Shown: piece after piece, positions 14,401 through 26,524 of the stretch
How positions within the stretch are numbered: the stretch's first letter is position 1
Layout of the letters: every line of letters starts with the position of its first letter
Notes under the pieces: model-generated
Seen by the model: the letters and a program-made list of their open reading frames with translations, nothing else
Databases searched by the model: none
Told to the model about the DNA's origin: nothing
From: Styela clava
Taxonomy: Eukaryota
Assembly: GCF_964204865.1 (NCBI RefSeq)
Contig: NC_135262.1
Coordinates: 10,664,001 to 10,728,000, forward strand
Direction of reading: 5' to 3'
DNA length: 64,000 nucleotides
Translations under genes and position numbers: made by a program

Positions 14401-17400
14401 TGTAATCTGTTTAAAGGAGGACATTATAGTTATTGAAGAAAATTTGTGGGAGGATAAATATAAATTTTGCAAGATTCTGACAAGCTTAAAAATAAGCTGG
14501 ATTACCAAAATTAGTAAATCAATGAACAATTTCTTTAAAAATGCATTTTTAATAAAAAAAGGCTTAAATTTAACCTGAAGCTAATTATACTATTAAATAT
14601 TAATTGAGACTACTTAACATCTCATTATTATAAATATTTTATAAAAAAATATTTAAAAATTTATCAAGAAAAGTCTTACTTAAATCGTAATATGTTTTAA
14701 AAACATATTATTTGTTGCATGGTTAGTTAATCATGCCAAGCCTTACCATCACACTTTTAATAACCTTGCGCGAATGCTCGAAACCAGTGGGAGATAACTA
14801 CGAATGCTCAATTACGGCGTCCTCCACCACTAAGTCCATAATTTGACATAAATAACTGATTAACTAATCCCATACTTGACATGAACTGGTAACCGAACGA
14901 GAGCCTGTGGTTCGCCAGATGATTAGGCTGTTTGATTGGCTTTCCTCTCCCCGAGATAAAAATGGAAATCTTATCATAGATATGACTATATCAAGTGGGA
15001 AATGTAACGGCAGTGAAACGGCATAAGATTTTAGTCCAATGCATCCATAATTCATCAGTCAATAATAGTATACATACCTTTCTTCTAATTTTTCCATGTA
15101 TATATATTCTTTTGTAAAATCGAAACAATCTGTATCAGATCTTTTCAAAACCCAAGAAGACATTTTCTCATCTGCACCAGCTTTTTCCGACGAATCAGCA
15201 AAAAGTAATAAACGTGCCATGACCGTCGAATGACCAATCGTTATATGGAATTTTGAGCGAGTAGCAACGTCTCCAGAAAAGTAGGGTATTTTAGAAATTT
15301 TCGCTACCGCTGCATAAAGAGTGGGTAGTGATCCTGGATCACACACAAGTCCTCTTTCCAAAAGCTTCGGCTCAAACTGTGTCACACATATTCCAGCCCT
15401 GTCTCCTTGTTGTATGGAATTAATCGGTTTTCTAAACATTTGAATCGACTTGACTTTCTTCACCTCCTGTTTGGAAAAATTAGAATCCCAGTAGATTTAG
15501 TAAATTTTATAATTTTGCTGGATTTTATATGAATTTATCACAAATCTCTCAATTGACTGCCTGAGCATTAGAACTGTATTCATTGCTAAATTTTCTCTCC
15601 TACAATCAAATACTAATTCATGGGACAGTACGAGGGTATAGGCAAGAATGGCCAATTGCTAAAGAGTGTATGCAATTAGATATGGCAAAAGTGATGGCAA
15701 AGTTTGGAATTTCAGATAATGTGTGGTGGCCTAGCGGTTGAAGCATTAGACTTAACTATTACAGCTCCGCATGTTACATATCTTGGGTTCATATCCCACC
15801 TCCTCACCCATAGTGTGATAAATTGGGTATGACGAAACAGAATGACCCCAGTCCTTACAAAATACTGAAAATACTTATATACAGTGGCGAAGCCAGCAAT
15901 TTCCAAAGGGGGTTTGAAATTTCTAATTGCCAAGTTAGACCGTAACAGCTATCAGGTCTGAAAAACATGGGTCTTGAGGGTATAATAAGCGTTTCAAGCT
16001 TCAAAAAATTGTTAGTATGATACAGTACAGAAAAGAGTTTTTTTCTTTCACATTTCAAAAGGAAGGGTTCTGAGCCGCAAACCAGTGAGTATGCCCCTGG
16101 TAACATATCAAATATATGTTATATAGAAAATAATCTAGTGATTCAATTATTCATTTTACCAATATTTTTTGTCATGCAATTAAAGCTGAAGTATATCTAC
16201 AGTTCACTTTACTAACACACATATCATAAGAAAACACCAATCAATGGTACTCCCGTAGTATGTAAACCAAGATGGCGGATAACAGAGCGTAGTATGTGTA
16301 CCAGGTTAGGGTTGGGCCATAATTTCAGCTACAAATATTACGGAAGTAACTTGGCTAGTCCCCAAACTCGTATTAGAACTAAAATAAGGAAAATTGGAAT
16401 AAAATTATTGCCTAACCCTAACCTGGTACACATACCACGTTCCAGCGTCCGCCATCTTGGTTCACATTCTACGAGAGCGCCCAATCAATTTACCTTTAAT
16501 GAAGGAACTTCAACATTTTCATTTACAGATATTTTTCCACTCAATGCTGTTCCTGTCATCACAGTACCCTGACCTCGGATTGAAAAACAGTGATCGACAC
16601 TGAATATGAACGGACCTGATGGTGATCTTTCTGGAATATATGTATGCCTTTTGATCGTCTAAAAAAGATAAGTAGGGCATAGTACAAGATGTAAAATTTT
16701 TCTAAATATTGAACATGTGCAACAGCATTATTTGGTACTACTTTGGTATGCGATCTCAGTGATTTTAGTTACGGTTAAGAAATGAATTCTATGAGAATGT
16801 CTCAATGAGATACCCAACCCAAGATATTGTTCTGTTTCAACCTCAGTTATATGACGGAGTAGGATTCTTTTTTATTCGCTGCCTATTCAAAACTCATTCC
16901 ACCCAAGTATTCATCCAGTTGTATGAATGTTACTGAAACTTGGTTTTTATCAAATTTCAATAATAACATTCTCTGACAAATAAAAAGTGGACATGATGGT
17001 CTCATGCTTTTTGAAATAATGCTTGGCCTAACTATTTCACATCGCAGGTTAAAGATTTCAGGTTCGACCCCCATGCCCACCATATCGCCATAGTCGCCAT
17101 TAAATTACTCATGCAAGTTGTACTGGAAAAATCCCATTTCTTCCAATCAGATACTGAGATCATTCTGTAAAGCTCAAGCCTACTAACTGATTAAAAAAAC
17201 AATGCAGCAAGATCTAAACCAAAATAAGATTTCAATATTACGTTTACCTCTATTAATGTTTCAATGTTTAATCCTTGTTCATTTACTTTTTCATTTTCAG
17301 AGCCTCCAGGATTAGCAGCTACGGGAACAATATCACATCCAACAAATTTTGTCCTTTCCAATGTTTTGTGCATTTTCTTTGACATTTTCTCAATATGTGC

Positions 17401-19103
17401 CTGAATAAATTTTCAAGATTATATCACTGACTTGTTATAGTTTCAGTATCAGAGGTCATTTTCATTCACCATTATAGTTAGAAAAGGCAAGAGCCATTGA
17501 CTATTATCAAACAAAGTTGAACAAAACCAGGTTTAAAGAATTAAACAATGTTCCAATGCTCTCACTTTAATACCTACAAAACATGTTTATACTGGGAGCA
17601 GAGTCATCAGCAGATAACAGATAATACTAGGCTTAAAATGATCCTTTTAAAGACACACTTCTATGGAGGATAACTATATAAAGCAGTTAGAAAAGTGTGC
17701 AGGTGTAGTTGGAATTTGTTTTTTATGAGAGGCTGAGCATGTATATCATTCAGTACCTATTCAACAATACAGAAACATTATCCCAATAGGGAATCAGATT
17801 AAAATATTTATTTTTAGCTATGCAAAACTAATATGCAATAGCAGGAAACAAATAAAAATATATTGAACAAATTACAAAAACAGACATCGCTAATAGAAAT
17901 TGATGATGGGCTTGAAAGACTTCATGTACCATATAGTCAGCAGCACCTTGAAATCATGGATCATATGAAGAACCCCATTTGCCCATTAGGATCTCCAAAT
18001 GAGCGTGACTGGGAGGTTTTTTTAGGTTGGAAACTTTGGAGGATCTTCATACAATCGGAAATCATTAATCAAAATTAAATTTAGAACTTATTGTTATACC
18101 TGTCTTCTATCTTCAGGTATCAAATCAATTTTATTTAAAACGACAAGAAGTTTTTCGCAAATAATTTCACCAATAACAAGACATTCAGCTGTTTGAGTTT
18201 GCATTCCTTTCACAACATCAACAACAAGAATCATTAGATCAATTATCTGAGCACCTGGATTAAATGTTATTAAAACTTAATCATGAATAAAAATAACTAA
18301 TACTGTACAAAATATGATGTCAAATAAAAGTACAATGTAGGTACATTCTCGCCATAACCAATCAATGCTATCAAAAAGGTTAGTCATATGTACCTCAGTT
18401 ATAAAGTTTTGGATATTTGAATTCACAAAAATTGTGTTGCGTGCGCTGAAATACAGAAACCTTGGTTATTATATCTAACTCACCAAATTTATGATGCAAA
18501 ATTTAATACGCAAAATGTATCATATCATCACTTTTCATGTTTGTGAAATCAATGAAAAATAAAATCTTAAATTTAAAAAAAAACTAGCTGTATGAATATG
18601 GAATATTGGAGTCTGTGTAATCAATGCAGTTTTTTATACCTCCTATGATAGTTCTAATCAGTGATGCATGGCCAGGACAATCAACGAGAGTATATTGAAC
18701 ATGGGTTATTGATTCATTCACAATATGATCAGGTGCAGGAACAGTAAATGATGAAAATCCAAGATCAAGAGTAATTCCACGCTGTCTAAAAAGCAACAAT
18801 GCTGTTTTGAATGATAATTTAAGTGATTAATACAAATTGGTAAATGCCAAATAGCAATGAAAAACTGTTTATTGCTCATATTACTGTATTATATTGTAAA
18901 AGGAGTATCTAGTCTTGAAATTAAACAGTGTCTAAAATTCTAAGTTCTGCTATTACAGTATTAGCAAGTTTTGCTTACTTGCTCTGGGGATTCTTGTCAA
19001 ATGCAGCAGTGGACGCGACGCTACTCATCGATTTTGATAAAGATGTTTTTCCGCTATCTACATGTCCAAGCATTCCGATGTTGAAGTTCAAATTCGTAGC
19101 CAT
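11483..19103 (-). CDS. EEFSEC: Selenocysteine-specific translation elongation factor (eEFSec/SelB), 10 exons, ~567 aa
   Basis: Exons 19103-18979, 18785-18640, 18254-18100, 17400-17248, 16658-16494, 15466-15078, 13775-13665, 13202-13088, 12333-12177, 11670-11483. All are GT-AG and phase-consistent (1704 nt). Motifs: NIGMLGHVDSGKTS (G1), QRGITLDLGFS, DCPGHASLIRTIIGGAQIID, VVLNKID, VAANPGG, SVDHCFSIRGQGTVMTGT, GSRLDSDINANKCRLAF, GNFGQSGKIK, LKFKRYIFD. Confidence 0.96.
11880..12026 (-). mobile_element. Partial copy of the Merlin-like MITE in the last eEFSec intron
   Basis: TGTTCGCCTACTTTACATCAAGTTGTGTAAG...TATATTCACTTGGCTAAAACAGACAG...GGGAGTACC. Confidence 0.7.
12715..12913. repeat. Dispersed ~200-bp repeat, probably a Tc1/mariner-type MITE (other copies ~21800-21995, ~32150-32260, ~33441-33555, ~42900-43045, ~57050-57250 reverse)
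   Basis: Shared core TTTTGGGTACAATCATACACAAACAGAAGTTCAAG...TTCTTCATTTT. The best ends look like TACAGGGTGA.../...TCACCCTGTA. Confidence 0.65.
13810..14975 (+). mobile_element. Three degenerate SINE family 1 copies in eEFSec intron 6 (~13810-14025, ~14050-14205, ~14720-14975)
   Basis: Repeated segments AATAACTGATTAACTA, CCCATA..GACATGAACTGGTAAC and GGCTTTC..CTCC, shared with the 28072 and 34431 copies. Confidence 0.65.
15722..15830 (+). mobile_element. tRNA-derived SINE, family 2
   Basis: A box GTGGCCTAGCGGTT, B box GGTTCATATCCC, then CCTCACCC...ATAAATTGGGTA. Related copies at ~35140-35352, ~36168-36660 and 44375-44496 (-). Confidence 0.6.
16246..16481. mobile_element. Palindromic MITE, Merlin-like (GG termini, 8-bp TSD)
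   Basis: Long imperfect TIRs (GGTACTCC...CAAGATGGCGG...ACCAGGTTAGGGTTGGGC / GCCTAACCCTAACCTGGT...CCGCCATCTTG...GAGCGCC), flanked by the direct repeat CAATCAAT on both sides. Confidence 0.8.
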
Positions 19104-19370
19104 AATACAGTTCTACAGTTCGGAGTACAAGCAAGGCCAAGGGAAAACCGAATTTCGTCAAGAAAACTTTATCTGGGGATTACCCCGTTTAGCCACGTGA
19201 TCTGACAGCACGGTCATCGTTGCATAATAAAGCATTAAATTAAAGTATATTCTAAATGATGCATTTTAAATCGAGAATATCAAGAAAAAAATATTTTATG
19301 TTTGACTACGAAACTTGATAAATAATATAGTAATTCATTCGGAATTACATAGGTCACGACCCCTAGGCGG

Positions 19371-19405
19371 TCGCGTTGCTATGGTTATTTACCATGAGCA
19401 ACGCG
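19371..19405. promoter_or_regulatory. Two RFX X-box-like motifs in inverted arrangement in the eEFSec/TEKT4 divergent promoter
   Basis: CGCGTTGCTATGGTTATTTACCATGAGCAACGCG contains GTTGCTATGGTTAT and TTACCATGAGCAAC, both resembling GTTGCCATGGCAAC, upstream of a motile-cilia gene. Confidence 0.7.
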
Positions 19406-20601
19406 GCGATCGCTTTTGCTGTTGAATTGAATAACTTCCATTGTTTTACTCTTGTTTCTGTAGCTGGACAGGTGACTTTTTATTTCCTAAACACGGAGAA
19501 CAGGCTGCTTGTTGTTTTTCTTGGTATAAATTAGTTAATATTTTATTACGTGGTGTGTAGAAACTTTAAATTGCGGGTTTCATTGGTCCTTTTCGTTTGT
19601 TGTACAGGCCAACTACGCCTGGCAAGTGCGTGTTGGATCAGTAGATTGAGAGTGAGACATAGTCTAATAGTATTTAGATGAAGTGGCAATTATTAATATT
19701 GGAACATGATATATACACAAGAATATACTACCCTAAAACACAAATTGGTAGCAATCACCCTTTGACAGTTTGAATAAATATTGTATCAGTGAATGGAATA
19801 AATGTGAAAAATGTATATTTATTAGTTTTATTAGTCTATATATCATAATGTATTATGATAAATTTAGTGAAAAATTAGATAGGGAAACAAATTTAAAAAC
19901 AAAGTGTTAAATACTCTCCATTTGATGAAAAATAGGAAGAATATTGGTCAAGCAAATATTATGTGTTCTCTTTTTGGTATTCTCATACGCATTCACACAG
20001 ACATAACAGGTTTTAAAAGAAAGAAAAAAACTATTTCAAAATAATTACTGAATTAGAAAAATAATTAATATTAATAAGAGTCGCTCCAGTAGTATGCATA
20101 TGTGCATAAACATTTCATTAAGAAACATGGAGCCATGATTTAAAAGTGTGCGAGAGAAATGCAATAGCAGAAGAATCATTGAATTTATTGCATTTTTTTT
20201 TCTGTAATAGTTTTTTTATTATTATTGCTGGAGCGTCCAAGCACAGGGTGTTCCAAAATGAATGAAACCCGTTAATTTGATTACCAATTTTGTGAATACC
20301 AATATTTTGGAACACCCTATGTTTGACTTTTATACATTTGTGGGTGTTACTATTGTTAATAAGGGTTCAGTGATGAGCGCAATGTGCCAATAGCATATCA
20401 TGGGTTTTACAAGAATGAAAAAGTAATAAAGCTCTGAGCCATAGAATCACCATTTTTATGGCATACAACCTATTTTCTTATCATAAATCTAGATTAGGAT
20501 CTCATATTTACTTCTTATTTTTGCTTTTACATATTTAAAATTACAGTTAAATTGACAATCAATAAACAGTCGCTACTCTCCATACTGCCATAACAACAAC
20601 A

Positions 20602-23600
20602 ATGACAGAAGTCCTTCTGAAAGCCGAACAAGCCCCAACTGGGGTCCCAGCTCAGTCTCTTGGCAAGAAGGAACATTTTATTCCAATCAACACCGGTGCT
20701 TACACATCTGTGGGCCAAGCAACAAGCGGATACCGAACGGCGAAATACACTCCAGAAGAATGGTTTCAAAATAATTATTCAAAGTATTACCAGTCTTTTA
20801 CAGACAGAGATCATGCAGAACGTATTCAACATGAGTCCAAGAAATTGGCTAATGAGACTGAAGCACAGACGAACAGGTAGCACACGTAAATATATGGTTG
20901 GGCAAAGTTACTTGCAAGGGCCACATCATAATTATATTTTTAAAAGACCATATCAGAGTTACCTTCAGTTGAAATTTAATAAGTAAAATATCCCAAACTG
21001 AAAATTTTGGAGGAAATTTGTTGGATGACAAAGTAAAAACATCAACTGAAACAAATTCATTCAGCAAAGCAAAGTTACTCCTTACAAGAGCAGTAGGGCA
21101 TACTATGTTTTGGTTCGACATGTGTGGCCCGATGGCCATAGTTTGTTCATCCGTGTGTGAATATAATGCATAGAATTTTTGAGCATTTTTTGATTATGTG
21201 TTGTTATATGTGGCATTTTAGGAATTTTACACAGTCAATGAGGATTTTTTTGACCTATTTAGTATTTTTAACCTACCTAAGTGGGATTTCAATTTTTTAG
21301 TTTTTCAATTGTGTTTTAATATATTACAAAATTATATTAGATTAATTATATTAGTATGTAACTCAGTAAGTGAAAGGTTTGAATGCAGCTCTAAGACCTG
21401 GCTCTCTTTATTTTTTCTCAAATTCCGATGTTTATTATTATATATGAGAGACTAATATCTTCATATTCTAATATCTTTTTAGCTATGCTCATCATGTTTA
21501 GTAATGAATCTAAATTTGACATGTATTTTTATAGTCTTTACATTAATGATTCTTCAAAATCATTCTATATAACAGAACTCAAGCTGATGTTACGAAAAAA
21601 CTTGGTGAAAGAATTCATGACATCAATTTCTGGAAATTCGAACTCCAGAGAGAAATCGATGACTTGATTGCAGAAACGGAATTACTTTTTCAGCAAAAGG
21701 TGAGCCCTGTTGGAAAAATAATTGAGAAACTGATCTTTGTGTTAAAAATCTGTGTGACTTTGCAGCTAATTATTCCTGTTTACCTACTTATTACATTGTG
21801 ACTTAAAAAACCGAACGCACATCATTTGGAACATATTGTAAATAGAACATAAGTTTCCTGCAAAGCATTCTCAATTACTGAAATTTTTAGGTATAATCAT
21901 ACACAAACAGAAATTCACGTGTCAAATAATTTTTTCTATTTTCCTATAAATAATTGAGAAATGTAAGGGTCCTGTTTTTTGGGATCACCTGGTACTATTG
22001 ATAAAGCAGTGCTCTGTGATGGTAGTTTTTTAAAAACATATCCTTGATTTTTGCATTGGTTCATTTCAACAATATCTCATTATACGAAGATTTCTGCATT
22101 TCTCTAATGTTATTAAAAGTTCGATAAAAGATTGATTTATCCAATTGAGTTATTAACAGATGGATATTTTGCTCAAGCATGGTTACCCCCTTTTTTTTAA
22201 AAAACTTTTTGGTGTAAAATACCAATTCTATACCAGTTTATCTTTAATATTGATAACATTATTAGGTGAGATTGGACAAGGCGTTGGATGCAACTGAAAT
22301 TCCAATGATGATTGCAACTGACGATCTTGAATGTAGAAGCAGAAGGCAAGGACCTGATCTAGTCAAAGATAATGTGGAAATTCAGCTGCTAAAGGTCGAG
22401 ATATTTTACTAGTATAAAAATCATTTAATATATACCGTGTATACTTGCATATAAGCCAACCTCGAAAAAACGGCCCTTAGAAGGTGAATCTATAAAAACC
22501 CGCATATAAGCAGACCCTACAAATTATGACACGCCTCACGAGTTGTAGCTGTTGGAATTAAGTTAACAAAATAGTTTTGAACTCGGCTTTGAATAAAAAA
22601 GTATGCTTGCAAATCAAGTATTAAAGTTTAGAACATGAAGTATTAAATCATTTGATAACCTTGTATTTTCATTTTTCTAAACAGCGATCACTTTAAGGCA
22701 AAATATGTGCAATGTTGTATTTTTTCGTCTTACAAATCTCTGTGGACGTAGTATTGCTGGTTTGAAAAACAAATTTATTTTCGCTCGTTCCACATTTTTC
22801 ATGTTGTTGCGTCTTATATTGCAAATCTCATATCTCAAGGGTAATTGAGAAAGATGAAGTCAACATTTTATATGTATTAGAATTGTTTGTTATAAATTAT
22901 TATAGTCATTAAATTTTATTGTAATTTAGGAAGTGGATTTGATCAAATCTGTTCAAGATCTGTTGAAAAGAACAATTGAACAAACTGAAAACCAAATCAG
23001 GTATGATTGAGAATGTTGTTTGGGAAATTCTTTCTTACTATTCAACATCGCAGATTACAATGGGAAGTGGTAACTAATCAGTTCTATATACATAAACATG
23101 TAAAATGCCTCTTTTATTATTGAGATTTCTCTGTTTGATCCATATCCGGGGTGAGCAATTACTTTTCCTGATTGGGCCAGTCACAGGTAATAGTGTCTGG
23201 GCTGGAAAAACTCAATATGGAAAACTATGAATAAAAAACAGTTTATTTACAACAGCTAGGCTAACGTTTATATGATATTAAAAAGCACAGTGTAACAATT
23301 GGGGTCATTATGACGTTATTTTCATAGATATTTTCAACAAAAATTTATATTCATAAAAACTATAGTTGTAATTTCAGCAGACACAAGCGGGCCGGATGAA
23401 ATACTTCGGAGGGCGATCGGGCCCACGGTCCGTCATTTGCCCACCCCCGATATATATTCTCTCTATTTAAAAATTCATACTGTATTCAACTAAGAAATAT
23501 TTGTTATTGTTCAGTTTTGCCAAACCATTTTTTTTTTCAGAATGAATCGAGATGCCAAGCATAACTTGGAATTAGATTGGAGTGACAAATTGGATGCTCA

Positions 23601-25970
23601 CAATATTGATGATAAATGTGGAAGACTCAACAACCAATCTACTGATATACAATACCATCCTAACTCTGCTAAATTTGAAGACAAGTTAGTATTTTTAATG
23701 TTTAGCTTTCTCATGATTTTGATTCAATTTGATTATAAATTCCTTGTAAAATTTCAATCTCCTTTTTACCACATTTTACATCACCGATGAAACATGGCCA
23801 ATTCAAAACTTGAAAAAGCTATTTTAAGAAAATGTGAAAAACACAATTTTAACTTTTCATTGAATATTCTGATAAATATCAAACTATGATAAGATACCAT
23901 TTTAAAGGCAGAAGTATTTAAAATATTCCAACATTTGCTTTTTTATTCTTGGAACCCTTGAATTGTTATCATTAGTTCAGTTTTTTGTTACTCATGTTTG
24001 ATTCTGAGTTTGATATCACAAGTTTAAGCAATGATTGGATGATTGGATCAAATCTGATCTATCATCTCAACCAGGTTAAAACTAATTTGGTAGGCTATGA
24101 CAACCATATCGAATATTAGCATCTCTTTAAATACAAGTATCTGCTGTGTAGAGCCTCGTTCAGAGCAATAGTTTTGAGGACTGCATTTTATATTCACAGG
24201 AAATAAACATTTCAAAAGTATTTTTCAGTGAAAAAATGGATCAAATTTTACACGTTTTGTTTTACAGCTCATCTACCCCAGAAACCTGGGCACAATTCAC
24301 CCACGATAACATTGTAAGAGCAGAGCGCGAAAGGATGGCTTCCATCAACTTGAGATCGTTGATAGACAATGTTTTGCACGATACATCGGATGATATGAGA
24401 GAACAATGCAACTCAGTGAATGAAGCTTTTGCCAAGAGAGTGGAAGAGATGAACGACGCAAAGACCAAGTTGGAAAACCATTTGCAGAAGGTTTGATTTT
24501 GATTATATTGATTATACTATTGCTCAGTGTTTGGTACGAAGTAATAAAATTTAAAATTTTAGGAAAGGGTTTTCTGTTGTATCGAACCCACTAACAACGG
24601 GTTCTTTCATTTTAGAAAATGTATGTATAACATATAAGCTGCATAAATCTACTGAATAACAGATTTTGAAACATCAAATTTAAAGCTAGTTGCCAGCTAC
24701 AGTGTATGTTACTCATTTGCTGTGCAAATGGACTGGACAAAAAACATGTTGAAAATGCGTTGATCGGACGTAAATAATGAAATAAATGAAAAGTTTTGAC
24801 ATGTAAATATCTAAAATAAGGCGAGCAAGCGCAAATCTAACAAATATTTTTAATTAGCTCCACAGCCCCTCAAAAAATTGTCTACACCCCCCTCGTGTGG
24901 CGCGCCTATGATCAGGTTACCGTATCCCCTATTTTTTACCTCTTCAGTTTTTTTGAGAAATATGTCCACTTATGAGTACACTTTTGTTAAAAATTCGGCA
25001 ACCTGAAATCACTAATTTACATTTTATTTCATCACAGGTACTCATCGAAATTGGTAATCAAGAGAAGAACATTGCTATGTTGAAAGTTGCCGTCAATGAC
25101 AAGGAACCACCAATGCAAGTGTCTCAAACTCGCTTGCATCACAGAACTTATAGACCAGCTGTTGAATTGTGCAGAGATCCTGTCCAGTACAGGTATGGCA
25201 ACTGAAATTACTTTTTAGGGTAAAAAATAGAATCTTTTTGTTAAAAATTGACCAAGCTAAGGGAATTTAAACAGACCAATGCAATGAAATACTTATCGGA
25301 TAACACGAATATGACAACGAAAAAAAAAATCATTTATGCAATTTTGCCCCAGAGTAACTTCGCATAATACCTAACCTAGGATGAAATTTCAACACAGTAT
25401 TTCTGTAAAACGAGAGATTCTGGGATAACAACATTGAAATATGGCACTCATCCTTTGGACTGGTAAATTTTTTTTTGACTTTCGATTCGGTGCCTCGAAA
25501 ATGTCGTGTCCCACTTGTCCCAATGGGAATGACAAGTGGGAAAAGTGGGGAACGTTGGACAAGTGAGACACACGGGACAAGTGGAACAAGTCACTCATGT
25601 GGGACAAGTGGAACATGAGGGACAAATTGAACACACCATTTTTGAGACACCCTTTTTCGAGTCCTTCTATTATTTCTTGTTTAATATTTGATTTTCACTA
25701 AAAATAAATAAGTAAGTGTTTTTGCTTTTTAATCCATCTCTTTAATTTCCTAGGCTTGTTTCTGAAGTTGGTGAAATCACTCATAGCATTGAGTCTCTAA
25801 AGCAGCGTCTTGCCGAAGCTGAGCGTTCTCTGCAAGATCTGATGGATACTAGAATGGCTCTCGAGAAGGAAATTGCAGTCAAAGCAAACAGTCTTTTCAT
25901 CGACCGTCAGAAATGTATGACCGTACGCAACCGATATCCCACAGTTATCAAACTGGCTGGCTATCAGTAA
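20602..25970 (+). CDS. TEKT4: Tektin-4 (ciliary/flagellar microtubule inner protein), 8 exons, ~445 aa
   Basis: Exons 20602-20876, 21576-21699, 22266-22394, 22930-23000, 23541-23684, 24268-24490, 25038-25192, 25754-25970. All are GT-AG and phase-consistent (1338 nt). Contains GYRTAKYTPEEW, LGERIHDINFWK, LELDWSDK, the tektin signature RPAVELCRD, and the C-terminus IDRQKCMTVRNRYPTVIKLAGYQ typical of TEKT4. Confidence 0.93.
23146..23449. mobile_element. hAT-like MITE in TEKT4 intron 4
   Basis: CCGGGGTGAGCAATT ... GCGGGCCGGAT...GGCCCACGGTCCG..TTTGCCCACCCCCG; flanks ATCCATAT/ATATATAT. Confidence 0.65.
25503..25636. repeat. Degenerate 9-bp minisatellite (GGGACAAGT)n with an inverted left unit, in TEKT4 intron 7
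   Basis: TGTCCCACTTGTCCC followed by about a dozen GGGACAAGT-like units. Confidence 0.7.
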
Positions 25971-26524
25971 AAGAACTTTTCAACTTTTAGACATTTTTTG
26001 AGAGGGAAATTTTGGGGGTTCCTTGGGGGGTGGGGGGTTAATGCGGTCACTTCTTTATATACAGTCTATAATTTGTTATAACTTTGGCCTGGCTTTAAAA
26101 GTGTATGAAGTTTTGACGTTTTGTGCTAATAAAGCGATATATTGTAATAAATCTATGTAGTATAATACCTTTTCTATCATCCTAGATTGGATATTTTACT
26201 GTTTATATAGTTAAATCAAGCATTTTTGCCTTATTTTGGCAATTTTTGGTGCCACATTGCACTTATATTCAGTTGCATACACATTCCGTGTTTTTATGAA
26301 GCCATTTTGAAATTATTTTAAATTGTATATATTATAACCATCTGTGAAATGTAGCTTATTGATTGTTTAATTTTAAACAAATAAATACACCTGAATGCTT
26401 CCTTTGTTGATTTCTTAAAAATGTGTCTGGTTTAGGAGTTGTATTATTCATTACACAGTTCAGAATACAAATCCTGAGGAATTTCTATAGTTACCTATGT
26501 GAGCATAGTCATTATTTTCATATT

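Noticed and set aside
15722-15805. tRNA gene (also at 28080, 34435, 44420)
   Set aside because: A/B-box-like motifs are present, but there is no clean cloverleaf and each continues into a shared SINE body.
16306-16425. Interstitial telomere or chromosome fusion site
   Set aside because: Only about two TTAGGG units per arm, always inside the MITE.
11200-19103. eEFSec itself being a selenoprotein or carrying a SECIS
   Set aside because: There is no in-frame TGA in the spliced CDS (stop is TAA), and I could not see a convincing SECIS downstream.
22038-22047. ATATCCTTG as an AT-AC U12 donor in TEKT4
   Set aside because: It lies mid-intron, and the flanking exons already join in frame with GT-AG sites.
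25503-25636. Short-period repeats as a CRISPR array
   Set aside because: These are 9-bp degenerate tandem units with no unique spacers, in a eukaryotic intron, with no cas genes.
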